A DNA stretch of 37,650 nt, taken from IMG/VR virus record IMGVR_UViG_3300045988_125995; one strand, 5' to 3'. Shown piece by piece: positions 6,522-16,276 of the stretch (its first letter is position 1; each line of letters opens with the position of its first letter). Both the position numbers and the translations under genes were made by a program. The notes beneath the pieces were generated by a model. It worked only from the letters and a program-made list of their open reading frames with translations. It was not told where the DNA came from and did not search any database. The stretch comes from a virus.

Positions 6522-7967
6522 TTGAAGAAGAAAGCGTCCGGAAATGTAAATATCGAGTGGGATCCGGGCGAGGTCAACCCGAAGCAGAAAGAATTCCTCG
6601 ACAGTCACACACTGTTCACCTGTTACGGCGGAGCAAAGGGCGGCGGCAAGACGCATATCGTCAGGATAAAGGCGATAGGCGCGGCGCTGGTGGGCTATCC
6701 GGGGATAAAGATACTCATAATGCGAAAGACGTATAACGAGCTGGAGGAAAACCACATCCGGCCGATACTGCGCATGGTGAGTCCGGAGCTGTTCAGCTAC
6801 AACAACACATCGCACTTGATGACCTTTGAAAACGGGTCAACCATCAAGTTCGGCCATTGGAGCGGAGAAGAGAGCTTCAACGAGTACAACGGCCTTGAAT
6901 ACGACTGGATTTTCATAGACGAGGCGACGCAGTTCACGGAGCGCGCCTTCAACTTCCTCGGCGGCTGTCTGCGAGGCGTGAACGACATTCCGAAGCGGAT
7001 GTACCTGACGTGCAACCCCGGCGGCGTAGGTCATGCCTGGGTCAAGCGGCTCTTCATCGACAGGGACTTCAAGCGAAGCGCGAACCCCGAAGAGGACGAG
7101 AATCCGGACGATTATACCTTCATCTTCGCAAAGGCGGAGGACAACACCTTCCTGCTCAAGTCCTCGCCTTTGTACCTGAAGAATCTAGCCCAGATGCCGG
7201 AGGAGCTTCGGCGCGCTTACCGTGACGGCGACTGGGACAGCATCGGCGGGAACTACTTCCCCGAAATGCTGAGTGGACGGAACGTGACGGCTCCGTTCAA
7301 GATACCGCAGCATTGGACGCGCTACCGCTCGTTTGACTACGGCCTTGATATGTTCGCCTGCTTCTGGTGGGCAGTGGACGAGGACGGGCGCTGCTGGTGC
7401 TACCGCTCGTTTGAGCATGAGGGGCTGATAGTAAAGGACGCGGCGAAGGCTGCGCTTGACCACACCCTTGCAAATGAGCAGATCATAGCGACATACGCGC
7501 CGCCCGATATGTGGAACCGGCAGAAAGAGACCGGCAAGACAATGGCGGAGTTGTTTCTCCTGAATGGCGTGAACATCGTGAGGAGCGACAATAACCGCGT
7601 ACAGGGGCACATGGTCATGAAAGACATGATGGCTCCGATAGCGCTGAAAGACCCCTATGTACAAAGCCTTTACCCCGCGGGGCAGGCTCCGGACAGACTG
7701 CCGGGGCTGATGTTCTTCGACGGGTGCAAGAAAGCAATCAGCGACCTGAAGGCGATACAGCAGGACGACAAGAACCCGAACGACTGCGCGAAAGACCCGC
7801 ACGAGATAACCCACACCGTTGACGGAATACGTTATTTCTGCGTGACGCGGGTTATAAGCGGTGAAGCCCTGCCGGAGCTTCAGCCGGAGGACGACGAGGA
7901 CGAGGACGGCGACAGCTACGAGCATTACATGTGCGGCGGCCGTGCCGACGCGAGATATTTACTGTGA
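6522..7967 (+). CDS. terL: Terminase large subunit
   Basis: TTG start 7 nt after GGGAGA. Walker A YGGAKGGGKTH; Walker B-like WIFIDEATQF; C-terminal nuclease-type region. No in-frame TAG. TGA stop. Confidence 0.9.
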   Translation: MKKKASGNVNIEWDPGEVNPKQKEFLDSHTLFTCYGGAKGGGKTHIVRIKAIGAALVGYPGIKILIMRKTYNELEENHIRPILRMVSPELFSYNNTSHLMTFENGSTIKFGHWSGEESFNEYNGLEYDWIFIDEATQFTERAFNFLGGCLRGVNDIPKRMYLTCNPGGVGHAWVKRLFIDRDFKRSANPEEDENPDDYTFIFAKAEDNTFLLKSSPLYLKNLAQMPEELRRAYRDGDWDSIGGNYFPEMLSGRNVTAPFKIPQHWTRYRSFDYGLDMFACFWWAVDEDGRCWCYRSFEHEGLIVKDAAKAALDHTLANEQIIATYAPPDMWNRQKETGKTMAELFLLNGVNIVRSDNNRVQGHMVMKDMMAPIALKDPYVQSLYPAGQAPDRLPGLMFFDGCKKAISDLKAIQQDDKNPNDCAKDPHEITHTVDGIRYFCVTRVISGEALPELQPEDDEDEDGDSYEHYMCGGRADARYLL

Positions 7968-7976
7968 GGTGACACG

Positions 7977-8375
7977 ATGGCAAAACCCGGCCCGAAGAGA
8001 AAATAGGACAGCCCTGACAAGCTGCGGGCAGCTGTCGAGGCCTACATAGAGAAGTGCGAGGCGGAAGGCATTTTCCCCGACGAAGCGGGAATGAGGCTTG
8101 AGCTTGGCGTTACGGCGCAGACCCTCGACAAATACTGCAAGGACGAGAACGCGGATGGGAAAGAGTTCCGCGAGATACTTTCGTGGGCGAAGGACAAGCG
8201 CGAAAGCTACCTCGTGCGGAAGATGACCAGCGACAACAAGGCGGCGCAGGGCTGCCTCAATGCGCTGAAGCAGCCGTCAAACGGCGGCTACATAGACCGG
8301 CCTGCCGACTCCGGCGGCGAGCGGAAGCTCACGATAAACCTTGTGGGAGTGGGCGGAGAGAGCGCCTTCAAGTAA
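7977..8375 (+). CDS. terS: Terminase small subunit-like protein, with in-frame TAG at codon 10 (8004-8006)
   Basis: ATG 7977 after GAGGTGA. Reads MAKPGPKRK[TAG]DSPDKLRAAVEAYIEKCEAEG...GVTAQTLDKYCK, the N-terminal motif plus HTH typical of TerS. The ORF-track fragment 8091-8375 is the same frame. TAA stop. Confidence 0.7.
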
Positions 8376-8386
8376 GGCGCGTATAT

Positions 8387-8470
8387 GGGCCGGTGGCAGA
8401 ATGGGATTGCGGCTGACTCTAAATCAGCTGCCTGACGGCGGAGAAGGTTCGATTCCTTCCCGGCTCACCA
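8387..8470 (+). tRNA. Amber-suppressor tRNA (anticodon CTA), class II with long variable arm and discriminator A73
   Basis: Acceptor GGGCCGG/CCGGCTC (one G-U pair); D stem GCAG/TTGC with loop AATGGGA; anticodon stem GCTGA/TCAGC with loop CTCTAAA (CTA at 8419-8421); 14-nt variable arm TGCCTGACGGCGGA; T stem GAAGG/CCTTC with loop TTCGATT; A then CCA encoded. Confidence 0.85.
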
Positions 8471-8487
8471 GAAAAAAGGAGATTACA

Positions 8488-8823
8488 TTGCTGACTATCA
8501 TACTTATCTTAATCTTTGCCGTGGTCTTCGTGGGCGCGCTTGCTGTTCTGCAACACAGCCTCTCAGGTAAAGCGGAAGAGGAAGACATGCTGGAACAGGT
8601 GGCGCGCCTTGCGAGAGCGCAGGAGCGGTTAAACACGCGGCTCGAAAAGCTGGAAGAGCAGGTCTTTCGGCAGAAGGGCGGCGAGCTTGACGAGATAAAA
8701 AGACGGCTCGAAGAGCTGGAGAGCGACACTGCGGGAGGCAACGCGGCGCTTGACCAGATGTTTCTCGCGGGGATCAACGGCATTATGAATTACGGCATGA
8801 AGGACGCAGTAAAGCGAGGCTGA
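8488..8823 (+). CDS. Membrane-anchored coiled-coil protein (about 111 aa), unknown function
   Basis: TTG start 7 nt after AAGGAG. N-terminal TM LTIILILIFAVVFVGALAVL followed by heptad-like LEKLEEQV...RLEELE. TGA stop. Confidence 0.55.
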   Translation: MLTIILILIFAVVFVGALAVLQHSLSGKAEEEDMLEQVARLARAQERLNTRLEKLEEQVFRQKGGELDEIKRRLEELESDTAGGNAALDQMFLAGINGIMNYGMKDAVKRG

Positions 8824-8826
8824 TAA

Positions 8827-10545
8827 ATGGGACAGTTTGATATTTTCTACGGCAAAAAGCTGCCTGATTAGCAGAGCGGCTGGCGGCTTTACGATGAGGC
8901 CGAACGCTTCAACTCCAACATAAACCTGCGCGAGACGGTGCGGGTGAACGAGAATTTCTACATTGGCAAGCAGTGGGAGGGCGTACAGTCCAACGGTCTG
9001 CCGACTCCGGTTTTCAACTTTATAAAGCGCGTCGTCGGCTTTGACGTGGCGACGATAACCTCGGACAACGTGAAGGTGACGGCCTCGCCGCTTGCGAACA
9101 CCGCGAACACCGACGGGCTTATAGAGCCGGTGCGGATAGTGAACGAGGAGTTTGACGCGCTGGCGGCAAGAAACAAGATATCCTCTCTGCTGAGAGAGTT
9201 TGCCCGCAATGCCGCGGTGGACGGCGACGGCTGCCTGTACACCTATTGGGACGCCGACGCGGAGACCGGCCAGCAGTCCAAGGGCATGATCCGGACGGAG
9301 ATAGTAGAAAACACGCGGGTGTACTTCGGGAACCCGAATGACCGGCGCGTACAGACCCAGCCGTGGATAATGATAGGCAGCCGCGAGATAACCCGCATCG
9401 TTCGCCGCAGGGCGAAGGAAAACGGGATGGCCGAGTGGCAGAGTATCAGCCCCGACTGCGAGGACGACAGCGTTGACACGGCGAAGGTGACGGACGACAA
9501 GACGACCGTGCTTCTGCTGCTGTGGCGCGACGAGGAGACGGGACACATATGGCAGTATGAATTCACACGCAATTCCGGTGTGACTGCCCCGATAGACACA
9601 AAGCTTTCGCTTTATCCTATCTGCTGGCTGAGCTGGGACTACGTGCAGGACTGCTATCACGGGCAGAGCATGGTGACGGGACTGACCCCGAACCAGATGT
9701 TCGTCAACAAGATTTGGGCGGCTGCGATGCTCTCGATGCTCCGCACGGCGTTCCCGAAATGGATATACGACAAGACCCGCATAAAGCGCTGGGACAACGG
9801 CGTCGGCACGGCAATCGGCATATCGGGCGGCGACGTATCAACGGTGGCGAAGGTGATAGACCCTGCCTCCATATCCCCGCAGGTGGCGCAGTTCATCGAC
9901 ATGGCGGTAAAGCAGACGGAAGAATGCCTCGGCGCTACGAGCGTTGCGCTCGGCGACACCCGCCCCGACAATACCTCCGCCATTATAGCCCTTCAGCGCG
10001 CAGCATCCACGCCGATGGAGATGACGAAGCTCAACCTTTATCAGGCGGTGGAGGACTTGTTCAGGATATACCTCGACTTCATGTCCGCCTACTACGGAGT
10101 GCGCGCGGTTGACATGGAGCCTACGCCGGAGATACGGCAGCAGTATGAATTTGCAGGGATGCCGGTTCCGGACTCCATCATTGCGGAATTCGACTTTGAC
10201 ACGTTGAAATTCCACCCGATGATGCTGAAGCTCGACGTCGGCGCAAGCTCCTACTACTCCGAGATAGCGTCAATCCAGACGCTGGATAATCTGCTAATGA
10301 ACGGGCATATCAACGCAATACAGTACCTTGAGAGAATCCCCGACGGCTATATACCGGCGCGCCGGGCATTGATAAACGAGCTGAAAGCAACGCAGGCCAT
10401 GAACGCGGTTCCGCCCGGAGCACCACCCAACGCGGCGACCGGCGACGTGGCGGCACAGGCAAAGCCGGAAATCCCCACGGGCGGCGGATTCTCTGATCTG
10501 CAACGCAAGGTGTTGGAGTCGGGATCGACTCAAGGACTTATCTGA
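8827..10545 (+). CDS. Portal protein, with in-frame TAG at codon 15 (8869-8871)
   Basis: ATG 8827 is in frame with ORF 8938-10545. Reads MGQFDIFYGKKLPD[TAG]QSGWRLYDEAERFNS..., then VNENFYIGKQWEG. About 570 aa and located next to the terminase. TGA stop. Confidence 0.8.
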
Positions 10546-10560
10546 CAGGAGGAAAAGAAA

Positions 10561-11058
10561 ATGAATGCACCTGACAAGGCGGCTGAGATAAAGGCCGCGA
10601 TAGCTGCATTTTTCGCTTTCCTGACGGCTCTCTGGGGCTGGCTGGGCTGGGCGATAATTGTGTGGCTGGGCTGCGTACTGCTGGACTATATCACCGGCAC
10701 GTGGGCGGCGAAATCCAACGGCGAATGGTCGAGCGCCGTTGCAAGAGCGGGGCTTTGGCACAAGCTGGGCGAGATAGTGGCGGTGCTGGTTGCGGCAATG
10801 TGCGATATCGCAATAGGCGTGATACTGAAAGGCTCCGGAATAGACTTCGGCATAGATTACAGTGTGTTGGTGACGCCGGTCGTGCTGCTGTGGTACATCG
10901 TAACTGAGCTGGGCTCCATTATTGAAAACGCAGGAAAGCTCGGCGCACCCATTCCCGAATGGCTGAAAAGGAGCCTGAAGAACTACAAGGATACGCTTGA
11001 CGCCAAAACCGGCGGCGGGGCGCATCTCCCCGAACACTCGGAAGAAGACAGGGAATAA
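10561..11058 (+). CDS. Holin (TcdE/phage holin family-4-like)
   Basis: Three hydrophobic helices. LDYITG..A.....WSS..........HK and TELGSIIENAGKLGAPIPEWL resemble toxin-secretion/phage-lysis holins. Confidence 0.7.
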   Translation: MNAPDKAAEIKAAIAAFFAFLTALWGWLGWAIIVWLGCVLLDYITGTWAAKSNGEWSSAVARAGLWHKLGEIVAVLVAAMCDIAIGVILKGSGIDFGIDYSVLVTPVVLLWYIVTELGSIIENAGKLGAPIPEWLKRSLKNYKDTLDAKTGGGAHLPEHSEEDRE

Positions 11059-11154
11059 GGCGAAAGCCTTTTCCCGTCTCTATAAGAATATATCCACCGG
11101 CATAGACCAATGCCGTAACATAGACCGCCGACCATAGCGGACAAGGAGAATTGA

Positions 11155-12045
11155 ATGTACGAAGAGATTAACGAAGCAGTTGAGACCGAAGGCGCTGAGG
11201 AATGGGCAGACAGCGACGCGTTCTGGGATGACGATCCCGCCGCGGAGACTGAACCCGCCGCAGAGCAGGAGGAGGCCGAGGGCGCCGAGGCTGACGAGCA
11301 GGAGGCGGAGGAGACCGATACTGCCGACGACCCTCACGACGAGGGCGCGGACGACGGAGCCGAGGAACCGGAGGGGCAGCAGGGTGAGAGCGCAGACCAG
11401 CGCTTTGAGCTCAAGCACCTTGAGGAGACACGGAGCGTTGACCGTGAAGAGGTTATAAAGCTTGCGCAGAAGGGCATGGATTACGACCGCATTCGAGAGG
11501 AACGCGACAGCATCCGCCCGGAACTGCGGCTTTACCGAGAATTCCTCAAGGAGCTTGCCGACGGCTCCGGACTGACCGTTTCGGAGCTGATAGACACGGT
11601 TCGGGCACAGCGCCTTGTGGCAAAAGAGAAGGAAAACGGCAAGGAGATGACCGAGGCCGAAGCACTGATAAAGGTGCAGCGCGAGCGCAGCGAGAAAGCC
11701 AAGAGCGCGCCCAAGGCCGAGGAAGAGGCTCCCCCGAAGGAAGAGAAGCCCGCAGAGGCTAAAGCGGAGGACTCCCGCAAGGAGAGCTTCGCACGGTTTG
11801 CAAGGGAATTCCCCGACGTCAAGGCCGAGGATATACCCGCCAAGGTATGGCAGGATTTTTCCGCCGGAAAAGGCGACCTTGCGGACATCTACGCGAGACA
11901 CGAGAACGCGGCGCTCAAGGCCAAGATTGCGGCCATGGAGCGCAACGAGGACAACAGAAAACGCTCCACGGGGAGCAGAAAAAGCAGCGGCGCAAAGGCG
12001 AAGGACATCTTCGACAGCGCATGGGAAGATTCACCCTACGACTGA
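11155..12045 (+). CDS. Scaffolding protein (acidic, coiled-coil)
   Basis: ATG after AAGGAGA. Highly E/D/A/K-rich and lies immediately upstream of the major capsid gene. Confidence 0.6.
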   Translation: MYEEINEAVETEGAEEWADSDAFWDDDPAAETEPAAEQEEAEGAEADEQEAEETDTADDPHDEGADDGAEEPEGQQGESADQRFELKHLEETRSVDREEVIKLAQKGMDYDRIREERDSIRPELRLYREFLKELADGSGLTVSELIDTVRAQRLVAKEKENGKEMTEAEALIKVQRERSEKAKSAPKAEEEAPPKEEKPAEAKAEDSRKESFARFAREFPDVKAEDIPAKVWQDFSAGKGDLADIYARHENAALKAKIAAMERNEDNRKRSTGSRKSSGAKAKDIFDSAWEDSPYD

Positions 12046-12083
12046 TTTTTCGCCTCCGGGAGCCATTAACGGAGGAAATATAA

Positions 12084-13145
12084 ATGGCAACTATAAATCT
12101 TATGGACAAGTGGGCGCCTCGCCTTGAGAAGCGCTTTACGACCGGCTCCATCACCGACAAGTGGTGCGGCACCAACTGGGAGTGGACCGGCGTTAACACC
12201 CTGAAGACTCTGACTCTGCTTACCGACCCCCTGAACGATTAGAACCCTGCGGCAAATGCGAACCGCTTCGGCACTATGACCGAGGTGGACGACGAGGCCA
12301 ACTCCTACACGCTGACCAAGAAGCGCAGCTTTGACAAAGCCTTTGACGAGACCAACGTGCAGGATCAGAACTTCCTCAAGAAGGGCGCGGCCTACCTCAA
12401 GCAGATGTGGGACGAGAGATACGTCCCTGAGATCGACACCTACCGTTTCGCCCGCTGGGCAGACGGCGCAGGTCTCGGCACTGTCGCTACGGCGGCTATC
12501 TCCAAGACCAATATCGTCGAGGCGCTGCTGAACGCTCACGCCGCGCTTGATGACGCGGGCGTCCCGATGGAAAACCGCGTTACCTTCATACGCAGCGACT
12601 ACGCTGTAAAGTACAAGCTTGCGGACGAGTTCAAGTATGAGGGCGCGAAGGAGTTCATCCAGAAACGCCAGATCGGCGAGGTCGAGGGCAGCCCGCTTAT
12701 CAAGGTTCCGAAGAACCGCTTCCCGGCCGGCGTGGCCTTCATGGTCAAGTACAAGCAGGCGACGGCAGACCCCGTAAAGATGCGTATGCTCCGCGCAAAG
12801 GACGACTCCGATGACCTGTGCGGCGTCCGTATGCAGGGTCTCGTCCGCTACGACAGCTTCGTGCTGGCGCAGAGCGCAGACGGCATCTATGTCTACGGCG
12901 AGAACGCAGGCAACGTGCTTCAGGCTCCGACCTTCTCCACCGCCTCAAACAAGGTGACTATCACGAGCGCCGACAGCGCAAGCATCAAGTACACCACTGA
13001 CGGCACCAACCCCAAGACCTCGGCGACTGCGCAGGCTTACAGCGCGGCTGTGACCATCACGGAGAACACCACGTTCAGAGCATACGCCTACGCGACCGGC
13101 AAGACCAGCTCCGCCATCGGCAGCTACGATGCGGTGAAGACCTGA
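12084..13145 (+). CDS. Major capsid protein with C-terminal Fn3/CHB_HEX_C-like decoration domain; in-frame TAG at codon 53 (12240-12242)
   Basis: ATG 12084 after GGAGGA. Reads MATINLMDKWAPRLEKRF...LLTDPLND[TAG]NPAANANRFGTMTEVDD, in frame with ORF 12276-13145, which has no SD of its own. C-terminus IKYTTDGTNPKTS...TTFRAYAYATGK. A strong terminator follows. Confidence 0.8.
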
Positions 13146-13151
13146 TCCAAT

Positions 13152-13180
13152 AAAGGGCAGAGCAATGCTCTGCCCTTTTT
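13152..13180 (+). terminator. Rho-independent terminator after the capsid gene
   Basis: AAAGGGCAGAGC-AAT-GCTCTGCCCTTTTT. Confidence 0.8.
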
Positions 13181-13199
13181 CAAAAGGAGCGAATAAAAA

Positions 13200-13634
13200 A
13201 TGACGACTGCGCAGGACGTATTTGAAGCCTCAATGGCTCTCATGGACGAGCTGAACGAGGCGAGCGGAGCCGCCGACACGGCGGACACCAAGGAATACAA
13301 AAACCGGACGCTGCCTGTCCTTAACATCCTGATAGGCGAGGTTTACCCGTATTCCGACACATACAAGAGCCGAAACGAGGGCAAGCGCCCGATCGTAACG
13401 GCGATAAGTGATTTTGACAGCAGCATCGGACTTGATGATTACATATGCCGCAGTGTGCTCCCTTACGGGCTGGCGGCACACCTGCTCATAGACGAGAACC
13501 CGGCCTCGGCAAGTTTCTTCCAGCAGCGCTACGACGAGCTGAAAGCGATGCTTCGGTTGGGCTTCCCGGAGGAATTTGAGCCGATAGAGGATATATACGG
13601 CGGGCTGGGCTGCGGCGACTTTGCCCGCTGGTGA
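13200..13634 (+). CDS. Hypothetical virion protein (144 aa), possible head-tail adaptor by position
   Basis: ATG after AAAGGAG. The position-based guess is the only evidence for function. Confidence 0.5.
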   Translation: MTTAQDVFEASMALMDELNEASGAADTADTKEYKNRTLPVLNILIGEVYPYSDTYKSRNEGKRPIVTAISDFDSSIGLDDYICRSVLPYGLAAHLLIDENPASASFFQQRYDELKAMLRLGFPEEFEPIEDIYGGLGCGDFARW

Positions 13635-13648
13635 AGCGAGGCGGATAA

Positions 13649-15466
13649 ATGGCGACTATAAGCGGCAGCACAAGCGAAAAGATATTCCAGATAAAAGCAT
13701 GGCTGGGGCTGAACGAGAACCCAGACGGCGATACCAAGCTGAAGCTTGGCGAGGCGGCGGCAATGCGTAACTTTGCCATTACGCGAGACGGGAATCTACG
13801 CCGCAGACCCGGCAGCAAGAAGATTGCAAGCCTCGGATCCTCCCCCGTGCGGGGCATGTGGACGGGCTACATAAACGGGAAAGAGGAGTTCATCGCCGCC
13901 TGCGGCGGCAAGCTCTGGCGGCTGTGGAACGCGGAGACGGGAGCCTTCACTGCGACCGAGATAGGCAGTATCGACACCACGAATGAGGTACATATGTTCG
14001 GCTTTTCCGAAATACTCTACCTCATAAACGGCAGCGAATACAAGCAGTATGACGGCACGACGCTTTCGGACGTCGGCGGGTACAGGCCGCTTGTGACGAT
14101 AGCCGTACCTCCGAGCGGCGGCGGGGAAACGCTGGAGGAGGTAAACAAGCTCGTAGGCACTCGGCGCTGCTGGATATCCCCGGACGGTAAGGCGGCGGAA
14201 TTCACGCTTCCGGAAAGCGGCTTGCAGAGCCTTGACTATGTGAAAGACCTGAAAACCGGCGAGAATTTGGCGGCGAGCGCATACACGGCAGACCTGACGG
14301 CAGGAACAGTGACCTTTACTGAAGTTCCGGCGCTCGGCGTAAACAGCCTTGAGATAGGCTGGACGATGGCGACGAACTTCCGCACACAGGTAAGCTCGAT
14401 GCGGTACAGCGAGCTTTACGACGGTGCGCAGGACACGCGGGTTTTCCTCTACGGCGACGGGAGCAATCAGGCGATATACTCAGGGCTTGACTACGACGGC
14501 AAGCCGAGGGCGGACTATTTCCCCGACCTGAACGTTGTGAACGTTGGCGATGCGAACACGCCCATCACCGGACTGATACGGCATTACTCCACGCTCGTTG
14601 CCTTCAAGTCGAGCAGCGCGTGGAGCATACGCACGAGCGAGCTTACGCTGGCCGACGGCGCAACGACGAAAGCCTTTTATGTATCGCCTATAAACAGGGC
14701 GATAGGCAACGCTGCGCTGGGGCAGACGCGCCTCGTGCTGAACTCGCCCAGAACGCTGCACGGCAAGGACGCTTTCGAGTGGCGGAACAACAGCAGCTAC
14801 TCCTCGAACCTGACGGCGGACGAGCGGCAGGCGAAGCGCATAAGTGACCGGATATACGCGACGCTGGGCGGCTTTGACCTTGCGAAATGCTACTGCTGGG
14901 ACGACAACGACAATCAGGAGTATTACATCTGCTATAACGGCAAGGCTCTTGTGCAGAACTACGCGGCGGACGCTTGGTACTGCTACGACGGCTTTGACGC
15001 GGTATGCATGGCGAACTTCCACGGCGCGCTTTACTACGGCACGTCCGGGGGCGCGATAGAGCATTTAGGCTACGAGCATATCACCGACGACGGGCGGGCT
15101 ATCGACGCATATTGGGAAAGCGGCTCGATGAGCTTTGGGCAGGATTACATGCGCAAATACTCCGCTCAGATATGGGTAGGCATAAAGCCGGAGGCAAACG
15201 GCGAAGTGACCGTTACGGCGCAGACAGACAGAAAAAGCACCTACGCCGAAAAGATTGTGGCGAGCCAGATGGCGAGCTTCAGGCGCGCGAACTTCCGGAA
15301 CTGGAGCTTTGGCACGAACCGCAAGCCGCATATGACAAGGCTGAAGATAAAGGCGAAGAAGTTCGTCTTTTATAAGCTTATATTCATGGCGGCGGAGCCT
15401 GACACGACATGCACGATACTTGCGGCGGATATGCGAGTGAGGTTTACCGGATATACGAAGGGGTGA
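13649..15466 (+). CDS. Large virion/tail structural protein (605 aa), possibly a tail tubular/nozzle-type protein
   Basis: Uninterrupted ORF in the late operon, beta-rich in composition. No tail tube, sheath or chaperone-frameshift genes are seen, which hints at a podovirus-like tail. Confidence 0.45.
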   Translation: MATISGSTSEKIFQIKAWLGLNENPDGDTKLKLGEAAAMRNFAITRDGNLRRRPGSKKIASLGSSPVRGMWTGYINGKEEFIAACGGKLWRLWNAETGAFTATEIGSIDTTNEVHMFGFSEILYLINGSEYKQYDGTTLSDVGGYRPLVTIAVPPSGGGETLEEVNKLVGTRRCWISPDGKAAEFTLPESGLQSLDYVKDLKTGENLAASAYTADLTAGTVTFTEVPALGVNSLEIGWTMATNFRTQVSSMRYSELYDGAQDTRVFLYGDGSNQAIYSGLDYDGKPRADYFPDLNVVNVGDANTPITGLIRHYSTLVAFKSSSAWSIRTSELTLADGATTKAFYVSPINRAIGNAALGQTRLVLNSPRTLHGKDAFEWRNNSSYSSNLTADERQAKRISDRIYATLGGFDLAKCYCWDDNDNQEYYICYNGKALVQNYAADAWYCYDGFDAVCMANFHGALYYGTSGGAIEHLGYEHITDDGRAIDAYWESGSMSFGQDYMRKYSAQIWVGIKPEANGEVTVTAQTDRKSTYAEKIVASQMASFRRANFRNWSFGTNRKPHMTRLKIKAKKFVFYKLIFMAAEPDTTCTILAADMRVRFTGYTKG

Positions 15467-15470
15467 AAAA

Positions 15471-16268
15471 ATGGCATTTACAAAACTGACAGAAGATATT
15501 GCATAGATAAGCAAGCTGGACGACGAGCCGAATGACGTTGACGGGCTTTCCGCCGACCAGCTGAAAGCGACGTTCGACAAGGCCGGGATTACTATCAAGA
15601 CGTGGATAAACACCGTTCTGCTCCCCGCGCTTGAGGGCAGCGCGGCTGCCGGAAACCTCGGCATAGCAGCAATATCCGGTCTTACCGGCATAGCAACTGT
15701 GCAGGCGGCGCTGGAAAAGCTTGAAGCGCAGATAAGTGAGGCGGCAGTCGGTGACATTCCAGACGCATCTCTCACAGCGGCAAAGCTGGCAGACAACGCT
15801 GTTACCGGAAGCAAGATAGCGGACGGCGCGGTAGGCTCGGCGAAGATAGCGGACGGTGCCGTGACATCGGGCAAGCTTGGCGCGGGCGCTGTAACGGCGG
15901 AGAAGATAGCAGCTCTAGCCGTTGCGACTGCGGCTATTGCGGAGCTGGCCATTACCACAGCGAAGATAGCAGACAAGGCCATTACCACAGCGAAGATAGC
16001 AGACAAGGCCGTCGGCACTTACCAGATGGACGACAGCAGCATTACGTCTGCAAAAATCAGAGGCGGAGTCGTTACAGCAGACAAGCTTGCGTCCGGCGCG
16101 GTTACTACCACAAAGCTTGGCGCGGGCGCAGTCACCGGCGAAAAGCTGGCAGCAGGTGCACCCAATACGGCAATGGCAGCGACGCGGTACAAACTGGTCA
16201 GCGGTGTACACTATGGCAGCTCTTTGCCGCCGGACATCGCAGACGACGAGCTGTTTTTCCTTGTATGA
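15471..16268 (+). CDS. Tail fibre-like protein with Ala/Gly/Val/Lys-rich ~10-residue repeats of the type (I/L)A-D/x-x-A(V/I)T-x-x-K; in-frame TAG at codon 12 (15504-15506)
   Basis: ATG 15471 after AAGGGGTG. Reads [11 protein letters not shown][TAG][27 protein letters not shown], in frame with ORF 15699-16268. Confidence 0.7.
15951..16010 (+). repeat. Perfect 30-bp tandem duplication inside the fibre repeat region
   Basis: ATTACCACAGCGAAGATAGCAGACAAGGCC occurs twice (15951-15980 and 15981-16010) and encodes [10 protein letters not shown] twice. Confidence 0.95.
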
Positions 16269-16276
16269 GGTGATGT

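Noticed and set aside
8387-8470. Standard 'table 15' reading, TAG = Gln
   Set aside because: The suppressor has a long variable arm (class II), which bacterial tRNA-Gln lacks, and the TAG contexts look aromatic. Gln cannot be fully excluded, because U35 in a CUA anticodon can attract GlnRS, so this alternative is downgraded rather than disproved.
8629-9660. Long antisense ORFs inside confirmed genes: 8629-9660(-), 7185-7925(-), 10294-11037(-), 11080-11901(-), 15065-16018(-), 20825-22081(-), 25451-26233(-), 3720-4631(+), 27686-28681(+), 4720-5358(+)
   Set aside because: These are typical shadow ORFs of GC-rich coding DNA. They have Arg/Ala/Leu/Val-rich low-information sequences and no SD, and each is fully nested opposite a gene with clear motifs.
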